Source: Haliotis rufescens (Eukaryota). Taken from it: a stretch of DNA of 64,000 bases. Under the pieces are notes generated by a model, which was not told where the DNA came from, ran no database searches, and saw only the letters and a program-made list of their open reading frames with translations. Numbering within the stretch: the stretch's first letter is position 1; the number at the start of each line of letters is the position of its first letter. The stretch spans positions 50,282,001 to 50,346,000 of the forward strand of contig NW_025964223.1 in NCBI RefSeq assembly GCF_023055435.1. Reading direction: 5' to 3'. Positions 50,190 through 63,177 of this stretch are shown here, piece by piece. A program made the position numbers and the translations under genes.

Positions 50190-53100
50190 CTAGTTCCTTG
50201 AAGTTGACTGCTGACATCTTTTGATCCATGAGGGAAGGTTCTTCCCTCTGTAGAGTAGCAGCCGATCCACATGAAACACCTTAGAAGGTTGCTTAAGGGA
50301 CCTTCTCACAAGGTAGGTGACATCATCTATCCTTTTCTCAATGAGATAGGGTCCTTTCCAACTTGAAGTGAGCTTCTGACAGACCCCACGTTTCTGTACA
50401 GGGTTGTGGAGCCATGCAGCTTGTCCCTCTTTAAGACATCTTCCCTTGGTCTTGAGATCATAATTCTTCTTCCGATATTCTGCTGTCTTTTTCAGGGATC
50501 TCCTGCCAGCTTCGTGAGCTCGTTTCAGCCTATCTTCCAACGTTAAGAGATATGTTTCAACATCAGCCTGATCCCGAAGCTCTTCTGGCCTCCCAATGAC
50601 TGCTTGCATGGGCAGAACTATCTCCTTTCCGAAGACCATTTTGTTGGGTGTGCGCCCAGTACTGGAATGCATTGAAGCTCTGTAGGCCATCATTACTTGA
50701 GGCAAGTACTCGTCCCAACGCTTCTGATCCTTCTCACAATACATTGTGAGCTTCTGTGCAAGGGTTTTGTTGAACCTTTCCACAGCTCCATTTGATTGTG
50801 GCCTGTAGCTAGTTGTCCTGGTCTTGTGGATCTGTAAGAAGTCGCAGATGTCTTTGAAAAGCTTTGACTCGAACGTAGAGCCTTGGTCAGTGTGTATCTG
50901 CATAGGCATGCCAAACCTACTGATGAACACATCCACAAAAGCTTTAGCGACTGTGACAGCTTCCTGGTTTGGGATAGCAACAGCTTCAGTCCACTTAGTG
51001 AAACAATCACTTATAACAAGGATGAAGCGATGTCCTGACTTTGTCAGCGGGAGAGGTCCTAAGATGTCCATAGCAACTCGCTCCATAGGCTCTCCAACTG
51101 TGTATTCCCCTAGAGGGGCCTTAAGGGGTCCCTTGGGTTGTTTCTTTGCTGTGCAATGGTCACAGGTTTGACAGTAATTCTCCACCTCACCCTTGAGACC
51201 TGGCCAGTAGAAAGAGAACTTGACTTTCTCCAGAGTCTTCTCTCTGCCCAAGTGTGCAATGGATGGAATGTCATGATAGTACTTCAAAACGTCATCTTTC
51301 AGGCTCTGAGGAACAATCATCTGCTGTCGGGATTCATCATCTTCCATCCATAAGCGATAAAGCACTCCTGAGTAAACATTCAGCTGATCCCAGTGTCTCC
51401 AGAGAGTCTTGATAGTGGATGACATATGAGAGATTTCCTTCCACTCTGGCTTTTTTCCTTCTTCTTTGGCAGCAAGCAAAATCCCCACGTTTGCATCAGC
51501 CAACTGCTTCTGCCTGATTTCTGGGAGTGTCCAGCCTTCAAGAGAAACCAATGGCTCACTGGGTTGGTTCATATGGCTCCTAGTAACTGCTCGGTTGAAT
51601 TCTGTGAAGATATCTGCTTGTGGGCTGCTGCCCTCTGAGACCATCTGATTTCCCTCTTCATCTGACGAGTCTCCCAGCTCCTGCTCTACTTCCTGTCTGA
51701 GACATGCTTTACAAGGGTTTCGTGACAGAGCGTCAGCATTTAGATGTTTTCTGCCCTGCCTATGGATGACCATGAGGTTGTAAGTTCCGAGTTCTTCAAG
51801 CCACCTGGCAACCTGTCCTGTTGGCTTCTTCAGGTTGCGCATCCAGCTGACAGCTGCATTATCTGTTCTGAGTAAAACCTCCTGTCCATATAAGTAGGAA
51901 TGAAAGTGCTTAAGAGCATTCACCACAGCAAGAAGTTCCTTACGAGTGACACAATACTTTCTTTCATGACAGTTCAGGGACTTGCTCATGTAAGCAATGA
52001 CCCTCTCTGCACCATCTTGCTCCTGAGAAAGTACAGCTCCTGTTGCTTTGTCACTTGCATCCGTGTCCAAAATAAATTTGGTTCCAGGTATAGGGTACGA
52101 CAAAATTGGTGCTGAAGTCAGTGCTTCCTAGAGGTGTTGGAAAGCATTGGAGCACTCTTCTGTCCAGGAAAATGTCACCCTCTTTTCTACCAGCTGGTAT
52201 AACGGCTTGGCTGTTTCGGCAAACTTCTCTACAAACTTCCTGTAATAGGAACATAATCCAAGGAAACTCCTCATCTGCTTGGCTGTTTTTGGCACTGGCC
52301 AGTTCTGCACAGCAGATGTCTTTTCTGGATCTGTTTCAATGCCTTTCTCGGACACAATGTGACCTAGAAACCTCACTCGTTTCTGGAAGAAGATGCACTT
52401 TGATGGTTTCAGCTTCAGACCAGCCCCTAGTAGTCTTTCAAAGACATGTTCCAACCTTTGCAAAGCTTGTGGCACTTCTATTGCTCCAACTATAATGTCG
52501 TCTATGAAAAGTAGACATTCCTCCCATTGCAGTCCCCGGAGCACTTCTTCCATTAGTCTTTCAAAAGTTGATGGTGCATTCGCGAGACCGAATGGCATCA
52601 CTGTAAAGTGATAGAGTCCGAGTCCAGTCGTGAATGCTGTTTTCTCCTTGTCTTCGTCCACCAAACCTATCTGCCAGAACCCTGAGTTTAAGTCCATTGT
52701 GCTGAACCATTTTGAATTCGCCAAGGCATCAAGGCAATCATCAGTTCTTGGTAGAGGGTAAGCATCCTTTAATGTGACATCATTCAGACGGCGATAATCT
52801 GCGCAAAAGCGCATAGATCCATCTTTCTTTCGTACTAGGACCACAGGGGATGCCCAGGCACTGGTTGAAGGTTCAATTACTCCCCTTTTAAGCATCTTCT
52901 GGATCTCTTCTTTTTCAATTTCCCTTTTTCCGAAAGGTTGCCGTCTTGGAGGTTGTCTAATTGGACAGGCTGTTCCAGTGTTAATGCGATGTTCCACCTT
53001 TGAAGTTCTGCCAAGGTCGGCCGATGAAGTTGCAAAGACTTGTTGGTATCTTGCAAGAAGAACTGCAAAATCTTCACTCTCATCCATAGAGAGATGCTGG

Positions 53101-53969
53101 GAGCTTCTTTGCCAAAGGTCCTTGAGGTGGTCAGGAAGAGGTGTACATTGTAAGCTTGAAATATCAGCATTGACGTTGCAATGGACTGAGGCACATCTGT
53201 CTTGTTCTTCCAGCTGCATGTACAGTGACTCTGCTACTCCCACAACCATGTTACAGTGGAGTGTGACTTCATCAGGACTGAAGTTAAAGACATTGATTTT
53301 CTGGACCTCTTCAGATGTATCTACTACGCACTCTGGTACATGGACTCCAGGTGGAAGATCCCTTTTCCCTGCTATAATACCAGCTGGAGCAAGTTTATTT
53401 GCCCTGGGTATCTTCATCGTTATCCAGGCTCCTGAATGAGGTGGAATAACTGTGGTCTCACTCACTTCAACACGACAACTCATTTCAGCTTCGGATGAAA
53501 TCCAACAACTTAAGGAAGAATCCCCTGAATTGAGCTTTAGACGTTTGTAGTCGATGGCACTCACATGCTTCAAGAGGAAATCTTGACCCAGGATTGCCTC
53601 CGGAATTACATCACACACAAAGATAGGATGTGTGTATTTTTGTCCATCAAGAATAATGTCCATGTCAGCATGCCCTTCAAACTTTAAACCTATTCCATCC
53701 ACTCCTGCGACTTTAATGGTCCCTTGCTGGAGAAAAGGAGCATCTTCCAACTTGATCTGGTCAAATATCCTCTTTGATAATATTGTCATGGTTGACCCAC
53801 TGTCAACAAGGACGTTTGCTTCTACACCATATATGACACCCTGAATGTAGAATCCATTATCCAAACCCCCCTTAGAGGTCCCAGTTAGTCCAACTCGGAT
53901 AGCAGCATCTTCAGGCCTTGAATTCCCTGTCTCCCCATGGCCTACTGAGTCGACAGGATGGCTTTTCCC
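50190..53969 (-). pseudogene. pol: Gypsy pol (protease, RT, RNase H, integrase) interrupted by one in-frame TAG at 52128-52130
   Basis: LVDSGS, FIDD, LDTDAS, HHCC, D-D-E, GPY motif; reads HL*EALTSAPILSYP across the stop. Confidence 0.93.
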
Positions 53970-55006
53970 TGCGTCCCTGCAGATCCAGCATGAAAGGTGG
54001 ACATCTGTTCCTGGCACCTTTTGTATATCGGGCAGTCTTTCATAAAATGTTCCCTTGATTTGCAGATGAAACAAGTTCTCTGACTTTGAGGTCGGTCATT
54101 TCTCTTCTCATATCTGAAGTTGTTGCCCTTTTCAAGCTTCTCTAACCTTCCCATGATCTTGTGCAGCACTTCACCCTGAAGATCTTCATTCGGCTTGGGT
54201 GCGCTCTCAAGTTCCAAGGGAGCAAGCCCTCCTTCGTTTCTGTTCCCTACTGCCCTGACTTGTCTCTTCTTATCTCGATGGTCACCAACCAATGCCTCGA
54301 ACCTTTCAATCACCTCCACCGCTCCTGAAAGAGTCCTGCATCCTCTGTCAATGCAATGAAATTTAAGCTCTGGTGAGACTGTCTTGTATAGCTGATTAAG
54401 GGCAATAGCTTCCTGTGCCCTGCTGTCTAAGTCAATGTATGCCCTTTGGGTCATCTGTCTTAGGTCATCGGCCAAAGCAGCAACTGACTCCGCATTCTGT
54501 CTTTGTCTGACTTCTAGCCTTGAAAGCCATAAGCTCTGTTGTCTCTCACTCCCAAATCGGTGGTTCAGGTTCCTAACTAGCATGTGCAGTGACATCTTCT
54601 CGTGTGGGGCCAGTCCCATGTAGAATGTCCTAGCAACCCCCTTCAGGCTGGCAGCAAGAACTAAGAGTTGCTGGTCCATAGGCCAGTCACCGAGTTCTGC
54701 ACAATTCTTGAAGTGTGACAGGTACTCCTCCCAGTCTGTTGTCCCATCATAGAAATCTGGCCTGATTGTGAAGGGTACTCTTCTTCTAGGTATGACCATT
54801 GGTCTCCTAGGTGTTGCATCATCTCTATGGTGTACTCTGACCTCGCCATTGGATCTGCTTGGCTCTTCATCAAGTGATTCAGCCTCTTCATACAGTTCAT
54901 CAAGTGTCTCCTCTTCAAAAGATATGTCCCCTTGTCCTTCTTCTGCTGTGGTTTGATGACACTTGTCAAAAGAAACTTCTGCGTCTGGAGATGAAACTGT
55001 AGCCAT
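53942..55006 (-). CDS. gag: Gypsy gag with CCHC zinc knuckle
   Basis: YDGTTDWEEYLSHF capsid-like motif, Q..ES...A..L region, CFICKSREHFMKDC. Confidence 0.92.
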   Translation of the reverse strand: MATVSSPDAEVSFDKCHQTTAEEGQGDISFEEETLDELYEEAESLDEEPSRSNGEVRVHHRDDATPRRPMVIPRRRVPFTIRPDFYDGTTDWEEYLSHFKNCAELGDWPMDQQLLVLAASLKGVARTFYMGLAPHEKMSLHMLVRNLNHRFGSERQQSLWLSRLEVRQRQNAESVAALADDLRQMTQRAYIDLDSRAQEAIALNQLYKTVSPELKFHCIDRGCRTLSGAVEVIERFEALVGDHRDKKRQVRAVGNRNEGGLAPLELESAPKPNEDLQGEVLHKIMGRLEKLEKGNNFRYEKRNDRPQSQRTCFICKSREHFMKDCPIYKRCQEQMSTFHAGSAGTQGKAILSTQ

Positions 55007-55068
55007 CTTGTCACTGGTCCTAACTGTAAGTCCCTTGGTTCGTATCAAGGATGTTTAAAAATATAAAC

Positions 55069-55086
55069 ATCCCACTTCTGACACCA
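55069..55086 (-). other. Primer binding site complementary to the tRNA-Leu 3' end
   Basis: TGGTGTCAGAAGTGGGAT, 3 nt inside the 5' LTR boundary. Confidence 0.9.
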
Positions 55087-55089
55087 GTT

Positions 55090-56856
55090 TGTAGCGGCCC
55101 GGACCCGAACTTCTGATAAACCTCGAAGTCTGGATGTAACTGAGAGTCAAAACACTTCTTTTCAATGAATAATTAGTTTTTATTCATGTGGGTATAACAA
55201 TGCCTTATATGGACAACACAATGCTTCCAAATAAGTAGATCCCTCTGAGCTTTAAGGTTTATTTGTAAGGACCAGTGTCAGGGCAAAATAATTATTGCCT
55301 GTAACTATAATGGTAGTTTACTGCTATAAATATATATATATGGATGACTTCTTTATCTGAATAACTTTACAGTTACTCAGATAGCAATTTGTGTCTGTGT
55401 TCAAAAATGCAGTCTATTTATAGAAATGATTACATAAGGACAAGGGGAACTTTTGGGCTGAATGATCTGCCCTTTGATTGAAACTGACCTTTAGACTGCC
55501 AAAGTCAGAATGACCCAGAATGGATCTCATCGTATTTATAGGTGTGAGAAAATGGTCACATGTCTGTTATTGACCAATCAAATAACGAGAAATTACGTCT
55601 CTTTACGTCCTTATTCTTTTGAGGGATCTACTTTCACAATGTAAAATCACTGAAATAAAGAGGAAGGCAAACCATCTCAGGAGGTAATTTGGTATAAAAA
55701 TGAGTATTTATACCAATCAATGAATTCTGTCTAATTGATTCACTAATTGCCTTCCAATATCACAAGATAAACAATTACGTCCTGCTACATCAAAGCTACG
55801 TCATTGCTGCCTGCCGAGAGGACGTAATAACAACAAGCAACATCGACTGGGAATTACGATGGACAATTCAAAGAGGAAGATTACAAATGTCAGGAGGCAA
55901 TTGGAATTTATCTGATGCATAAGACGTTTAATAACACAAATTGGCCACTGGTATGCTTTGACAGAAGCACTGGATGTCATATTTATGAGAAACATGTTCA
56001 TAAATAGTGACGCTAAATACTGCGCATGAATACATCAGCGAAGATTACATAGTTCCTGATGTCAGAATTAACAGTAACTTTAATACACGTCTTGACATAT
56101 CATCAAATACGATTCTGGGTTCCTCTGGACATAGTTCATTAGATTAAATAAACTTTATAATGCAAATGCTAAGCATTAGCCAAATTCAATAACTTCATCG
56201 CGACCTAGGCTAGCTGTCACAAAGTTAACATGGCGGGCGTCGGCGAAACACGTAGCTCAGCCCTGATCACAAATTCACACAAATATGGATAAATATCAAG
56301 CTGCCAAGTGATTGTGATCTGTTTGTTGAAGAACAAAGGTATGATTAATCTGTATCTGATTGTTAAATTGCGTAACAGTGTGCTTAGAACGATGAATTCT
56401 TCAAAAGTTACGGTCAATGCAAAACTCTTGAAACAAGTAAACAACATCGTTTTGACAGGCACGTTGTTGACATCGATGCTTATGAGGTACTGGCACATCC
56501 TAAACAATATGCGTAACATGATGGCATGGACATATGATTATTTTTACGAGATAACAGTGTGCCATGAAGCTCTATAAAAGCATGCTATGATCCTCCGATA
56601 GATTTCTTACCAAAACGGGATTCAAAACATTGAATTACGTGAAAACGAGGTTGGCAAAAAAATACTGATATATACCTGCAAAACTAATTACAGTTCTCAG
56701 GATAATTATGATATAATTCGTGCACTGTCATACAACCATCAAAAATACAACAGGGAAATATTTAGGAAATATTTCTAATTTTTACAAGCTGTCATAACTC
56801 TCACATTTTATAATAAAGACATTAATATTTATATATTCTTCGTGATGGCCATCACA
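55090..56856 (-). repeat. 5' LTR (1767 bp)
   Basis: Direct repeat of 46220-47987. Confidence 0.97.
55508..55580 (-). promoter_or_regulatory. LTR core promoter (CCAAT, TATAAATA, Inr TCATTC); same motifs at 46638-46710
   Basis: TATAAATA at 55540-55533, Inr A+1 at 55511 (29 nt spacing), CCAAT at about 55575, AATAAA downstream at about 55260 and 55180. Confidence 0.7.
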
Positions 56857-57634
56857 ATATCACTTGGATTATTGTAAATTCTTGTAAATATATTTAACAT
56901 GTCCCTCTTTCTGCCTGCGCTGTTGAGATGACAATACCTCCATCCATATATCTGTGGATTGTTTGAGGTCTCTGCTGGACCGTGCAGTCAGGATTTACAC
57001 CCTGAAACAACGACTTTCCATGCAATGTAATATCATTACTGTCTTTTTGTCATGTGTCATCCTTGACTTGTGTATTTGTGTAGTTAGTACACTTGCCCAT
57101 CCCTTTCCATGAGACAAAAGTAGTATGTCACGTTGGTCATTTAACACACACCAGAAACATGTTCATAGTTTTTTTTTGTAGAAGAAATGTATCAGTAATA
57201 GGTTCATGTGGTGATATGCGAAGGGTGTCACCCAACGAAGGATATTACAAATGTTTAAGTCAGTTGGCAGAGTCTTGTCAAGTGTTTCAGATAGATAGTC
57301 AGTTTCTTGACTGCTGTTGTATTTGCTGGCCGACCGTGTGGGGAAGGATCGCCTCTTTGTCTTCATTACAGAGAGCAGCGTATACAAGTAGTCTAACACA
57401 TCAGAAATGTTTTCTGAAAGTGAATCACTTGAAAGGTTTCCTGATAACAGTGTATGCCACAGCCTCTCGCGGCAAGGGAGTTAACTGACTATAAAAGTCC
57501 AGTTCCCACCCATACCGAACAAGGCTGGAATTTGGGAGTAATAGTTTTGCTGGACTAACGAGTAAACGCGTAGTCCAATCAAAATCGAGATCGAGATCCT
57601 GTTCGTAATCAAAACAATCTTATTAAAATCAGAT

Positions 57635-58063
57635 CTTAGTTCTCACTACCACTAAACAAAGATCTGAGGACATCCCATTGCGGGTCATGTCAGAACGTCC
57701 TTATATCTGACCAATCAGAGCATCGCTTACCAGATACGAAAGTGACAGTGATTTTTGATCGTGCATCCTCAAAAAAACAAAAAACAGGGTATTCCGAACG
57801 ACAGTTATGGGCTTTATGTCTGTATTCATACAATCTAGACCATCTATTAGCGATTCCAGAATGTTCTTTTGTTCAGTTTTGAATTATTTAATCGAGTATA
57901 TGGCAAAATATGTTTCGAAGCGTAGTCACCAGTTTGAAACTCGTGCCGTAGAGCTCGATTAGGCTGCCTTCTGATTGGCTATTGTCGATTTCTTGTTAGT
58001 CATTCCATTGGTCGGTCAAAGTTCGCGAAATCAGATCTTTGTTTAGCGGTACCGAGAACTGAG
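57635..58063. mobile_element. Non-autonomous DNA transposon / MITE
   Basis: About 33-bp imperfect TIRs CT(t/c)AGTTCTC(ac/gg)TACC(a/g)CTAAACAAAGATCTGA; TSD not resolved. Confidence 0.65.
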
Positions 58064-58782
58064 AGTGTAATCAAAACGGCGACTGCCGTGCAGATTTCGG
58101 TCCATTGCCGGATTTGCAAAGCATTTGTACCGTCAACTGGGCGTCAACAAATATTTTCCAAATGTGTTCATGTGTTTAATGAAGGTGTTCAAGTCTTCTG
58201 CTACAATCCACATGCATTGGGTGTCGGTTAACTTGATCAGATCCTCTTGGGTGGGCTCTGACATTTTGTTTGAATCAAATGCAAGTGATATAAGAGGTGG
58301 AATCTGATTAGAGCAGGGACATAAAAGGGGCGTAACTCTTAATCAAGCAACAAAATTCAAGCCTAGTTTGGCAAGGGAGGAAACTGGACTTATATAGTAG
58401 TTACCTCCCTTGCCTCGGGAAGATGTGCATGCCAATCCTGATGGTGGTATCCCGTGCAGTGACCTCCATTGTATCTTTATTACATATTAAGAGAACACAA
58501 TTTGGTGTTTATATTCTGACTTTGTATCAGTATCACACCCAGGTATGTGATAAGTAATTTAATTGTATGTCAAGGGTGTAAATCTCATGATTCTGGTGAT
58601 TCGTAGTACCATTAGCACTCTGTACTGAAGAAAATAACGACCCAAAAGTTAAAAAGCAGTCTTAAAGGCGACAGTTGAGAGAACATGACACTCCAAAGCT
58701 GATGTTAAGATGCCTCGTATAACGTATTATTCCCTGATCCCAAACGAACACTTGCCGTCCGTGGGATGCCCCTGAGTTACAA

Positions 58783-59861
58783 TCACAGCCTGAAAGCAAC
58801 ACTTTCCTCCAAGCTCGTCTCCAGGTGGTCCTGTAACACCTCAGCAGAAGGGAAGTACCGGCTGAGGCACAACAGGTTAGCAAACCCATCAAACACAGGT
58901 GCAGATACTTGAGCTGACTCCGAGAACGTTACGTGAAGAACCTTCATATTCAGACATTCAGTACTTGACCATAAGAGAAGAAGACGCCTCAGCTGGTCTT
59001 TGCCAAGCTTCAACAAAACCTTTTCCAAAAAGGCGCTCACAGATTTCTCAAAACTTTTGTCTCTGACGCTGTCCGAGTAGGAGTAAGAGATTTTCTTTGT
59101 TACTGATGTAGCTGTTGGCTGAAGAACATTGTATAAATCGGTAATGTCTGATTCTGTAACTGTCCTGAAAGTAGAGTTTGAGGAGTTCTTGAATGATCCG
59201 CTCATCTGTGTCAGCGGCCAATATGGTCGACAATAACAGTACTGGATAGCCATCTCAGTAAGGAAAGTTCTAAGACTGTCTGCTGAAGGAAGTTGGGTGC
59301 ATCCATAAGGTGCTAAGGCTATAGCAGCTTGTGCCATAGTTGCTGGCGAGTCATACCCATCACACCTCTCAACCTGATCTTCCAGGTCCTTAATGACCGC
59401 CCTTTCACTTTCCGACAGTATGCATCTGAATGAAGCCATCATTAGTTTATCTGAAGCTTCCTGGTCTGTCAACACCACACGTGTGCAAACCCTGGACAAC
59501 TTCAATGGCCAATAGTTCAACAGAATCAAACCATGAGCAAGTATTCTCCCGAGGATAATAAACAATTCTCGCCTCGCCAATGGCGACAGTTTAGGTACAA
59601 GTTCTTCATTCCCAACAAACCAATACTTGTAAGCCTTTCTCCAAAACTCAGTGAATATTCTGTTGGTACCCATCTCTTCAAGGTCGCCATTTCTACTATT
59701 TTGAACAAGCACCAGTAGATCACAGGCCACGACGGTTGGGTCGTCCTTGTAGAACTTGATGACGTCATCCACGAACGTGTCACGCGAGATGAGCAAGGTG
59801 CGAGCAGCTCCCAGGCTCAGCCTCTCCAGGAGAGCCAGGGACAGTATCTTGCTGACGTCAC
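58783..59861 (-). CDS. Terminal exon of a HECT-like domain protein (catalytic Cys absent)
   Basis: ISRD..VDDVIKFY, IFTEFW, FVG...VP, LGRILAHGL, C-lobe-like FLEKVL..LRRLL..LHVTF..PVFDGFANLLCLS, Phe near the C terminus. Confidence 0.75.
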
Positions 59862-60230
59862 CTTGAGTACAAATGTATAGTCAGTCACAGTACAAAACAA
59901 GGCAGTCATACAAATACTATACAATTAAAGAAGTAGAACAGGTAATAAATACATAATTATGTTTACTATTTATATAATTTAATGTAACGACGAATACATA
60001 TTTCTAAACTAAGTAATTTTCGCTATTATAGGTACTTGCGTTTTGGGTCTCACCCTACTAACAGATAACTTAATGTTAACCAAACCAAGTCAAGAATATG
60101 GTCTGAAAATTAGAAACTATAGGGCTACTGTAACTATAGGTTACTGTCTGTATCTCAAAATAGGAAGCGACCTGGGAAGATAATGAGGAACAATTCCAGC
60201 AGTTTTGATTATCACAGGCAACCTTAAAGT

Positions 60231-60401
60231 TGGTTGATTGGTTGGTTTGTTGTTTAACGCCGCACTCAGCAATATTCCAGCTATATGACGGCGGTCTGTA
60301 AATAATCGAGTATGGACCAGACAATCCAGTGATTAATATCATGAGCATCGATCCACGCAATTGGGATCGAAGACCTATTCTGCCCCGGAATCTTCACGGG
60401 T
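60231..60401 (-). mobile_element. SINE-like family A copy with internal deletion
   Basis: 14-bp TSD GGCAACCTTAAAGT on both sides. Confidence 0.82.
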
Positions 60402-60701
60402 GGCAACCTTAAAGTACATCGGTGCTGCCATGTGTAGATTTAGTTAGGTTTGGTTGTTGTTTGTGCCGCTTGCTATTCCAGTTGGCGGTTGCAGCCGGGC
60501 TGGTTCAAAGAAACGAAACTCTTAAATGACGATTAATTCATACATCCCTGGCTATGCACATAATATATGAAACAAAACAAAAGTTAAAGAACACCAGACC
60601 GATTTTTTCTTATGTAATCATCGTCTTCGTTTCAGTTGTATATAGTGCCTGACATCCTACTATACGCTATCAGCACAGAAACATGTCGTTAAAGCTACTA
60701 C

Positions 60702-60765
60702 CAGAGGCGTCTGAAGTTCCATCCTCGGATACTGCTGGCACGGTTGGCTCCATGGGTTCTTCCTT
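60702..60765 (-). CDS. Internal exon of the HECT-like gene (KEEPMEPTVPAVSEDGTSDAS)
   Basis: Acceptor ttgtctgttgtacag, donor G|gtagta; phase 0-1 fits the neighbouring exons. Confidence 0.6.
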
Positions 60766-61085
60766 CTGTACAACAGACAACATGAAACATTGGATATAAT
60801 GGGAGAAAACATGTCCGACATCTGCTTTTGGTTGACGGCGCCCGTAACCCAGTGGTCGAAGGCACCGAAATTTGCTGTGCAGAGTTGTGTCCCCTGAGAA
60901 TCCGCTGATAATTTGTAAGAATGAAGATTCGCCGATTATGACCCTTGATCTGTTGGCACAATACCCGTGTTCGTGGATTTTGAAACTTACAAATTTGAGA
61001 AACGTAGTTGGTCACACACACACACATACGCACGCACGCGCGCGCACACCCCACACCCCTGAATATCAAATGGTCCCTAAATATA

Positions 61086-62468
61086 CTCTTTAAAAAAAGA
61101 AACGCATAGCCAGATTTGTGTGAGGTAGGAAAATACATTTATACGAGGAACCGTACAAGGTATTGAGCCAAAATGTTGTGGAGAGAACACTTGGTGATTG
61201 TAGTCATCTCAGTTATCGGTACACAGGAAAATCACAAGGTGAAGGTCAGCTACCATCAATAGCGCGTATGTCCCCCGTTGGAATCGATAGCGGCCTGACA
61301 TCTCCTGCCCATGGAAGAGACGAGTATGCGAATCACATCCTGGGGAATGGTAGCCCACTCGGCCTGCAACACCAAAAAAAACAACTGCTGCAACGTCTGG
61401 GGTTGTGGTTTACGTCGGCGTAGCCGTCTATCCAATTCATCACACAGGTACTCTATCGGATTCAAATCCGGGGATCTGGAGGGCCAGGGGAGAACATCAA
61501 CGTTGTTGTGTAGACAGGCTCTTGTGATCCGTGCTGTATGTGGTCGAGCGTTGTCCTGCTGGAATACACCGTTGCCGTTGGCTGCAAATGGGAGGACGTG
61601 TGGTAGGAGAATTTCATTGATGTATCGTTGAGCCGTAAGATTGACCTGGATATGGACCAAACAATCCTGCCATTATGAGAGATAGCCGCCAACATCATAA
61701 CTCTACCCCGACCCGTGCTCGACGGAGGAGAAATCTTGATACGTCGCTGAACCAGACATTTCTGCATCGCAGTTGAGGCCACACCCTGTGTTGACGACAC
61801 CAATGCAGTCGTTGTTGACGATGTTGTCGACTCAATATGACGTGTCGAACAGGACGTCTTGCTCGTAGACCTGCTGCTCTTAGACGGGTTTCGTAGGGTC
61901 TGGTCGAAGATTCTGCACAGTCCTGGTAATGGGATGCGGTTGAGGTGGCTGTGGTCGACCTTTCACGTTGGTGGCACAATCGGATGTAGCGATCTTGGGC
62001 GGGGGTGGCTACTCTTGGTCGTCCCGACCTTGGCCGATCACGTGTTGACCCATGCTATTGATGGTGCTGGGCGCTACATTGAAAACCCTGGCTACAGCTG
62101 ATCGGGATTCCCCTGCTGGCAAGCGGCCTATGACGTTGTTTCTTTGCACTTCTGTTAATCTTGCCATGTTGTTGAACTGTCACTGTTCGATTGACGCAGA
62201 TCGAACCTAATGCCAGGCAATCAAAAACCCTGCGCTTTAATACCGTTCATAGTGCTGCTGCACGTGCAGTACGTGCAGCTCCATATGGACCTTTTGTTAA
62301 TGCACTGGGTACCTTTTTTCCGAATCGTACGTGTTTTCATGTCCTTGTTGTGATCATTTTGATCCGGGAAATTTGTCACTGTCACTACAACACATTAAAC
62401 CTCTTTATTTTGCACCTCTTGGTCCGCTAATTTTGCTTTTATGGCCAAAAATATCTTTTTTTGAAGAG
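61086..62468 (-). mobile_element. Decayed Tc1-family DNA transposon; frameshifted transposase about 62167-61256
   Basis: TIR CTCTT(t/c)AAAAAAAG with TA flanks; MARLTEVQR start, FSDVSRF, FQQDNARPH, SPDLNPIE, GGHTRY. Confidence 0.9.
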
Positions 62469-62527
62469 TATATATAGGTACAAAGAATAATTATCACAGT
62501 TGAGTAAACCAATTTGCCACCCACCAC

Positions 62528-62698
62528 CTGACATGAAGTCTGTGAGGCTTGTGACGTCACATCAACGTGAGGGTGGCTCTGAGACAGGGTGCTGTACTTC
62601 AGGTGCTTGACAGACAGCACGTGCAGCGGGTTGACGTGTGGACTGACGTCATCTCTCGTGCTGCTCGTGCTGGTCACAGGGACCTCTTGTCTATCGCC
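62528..62698 (-). CDS. Internal exon of the HECT-like gene (Ser/Thr-rich linker)
   Basis: Acceptor tttttgttacag, donor CAG|gtggtg, phase 0-0. Confidence 0.6.
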
Positions 62699-63177
62699 CT
62701 GTAACAAAAATATGATCATTACACTAATCTTTTTATTGAGATGAAACATACAGTATTTCTTTCATAACGGGCTACATTGCCGGCAGCATGGTAAATTAAC
62801 TATAAACACCATGCAGGAGACATATGACCAACACTGACAGATCATGTTCACGTTCTTTGAGGGAAGCTATAATGTGTTCTGCATATTTTTTATCTAGGTC
62901 TAGATTATGTAATAAGCATCGTGTGTGAGACTCTGACATACAATTCATCCATGTAGATTTAGGGTACTCATCATCTAATACAACATGACAGTTTCTTTTA
63001 CAACTTTTTTTTCCAGTGATGGGAATAAAAAAAAACAGCAGATATTGTTGGGTACAGGGTATTCATTGCCGTGTACAGTGTTGACTTTTTTCGATGTTGA
63101 GTAATTTTGCAATTCATCGTTCTCATTTGGAGACAAACAGGCAGTAGTTTTATTGCCATCTTAAGCTATGAGTTATG

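Larger units (their letters stand above)
46220..56856 (-). mobile_element. Full-length Ty3/Gypsy LTR retrotransposon (10.6 kb) with an extra ORF3
   Basis: Two TG..CA LTRs, 4-bp TSD ATAT, PBS, PPT, gag, and pol in PR-RT-RH-IN order. Confidence 0.97.
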
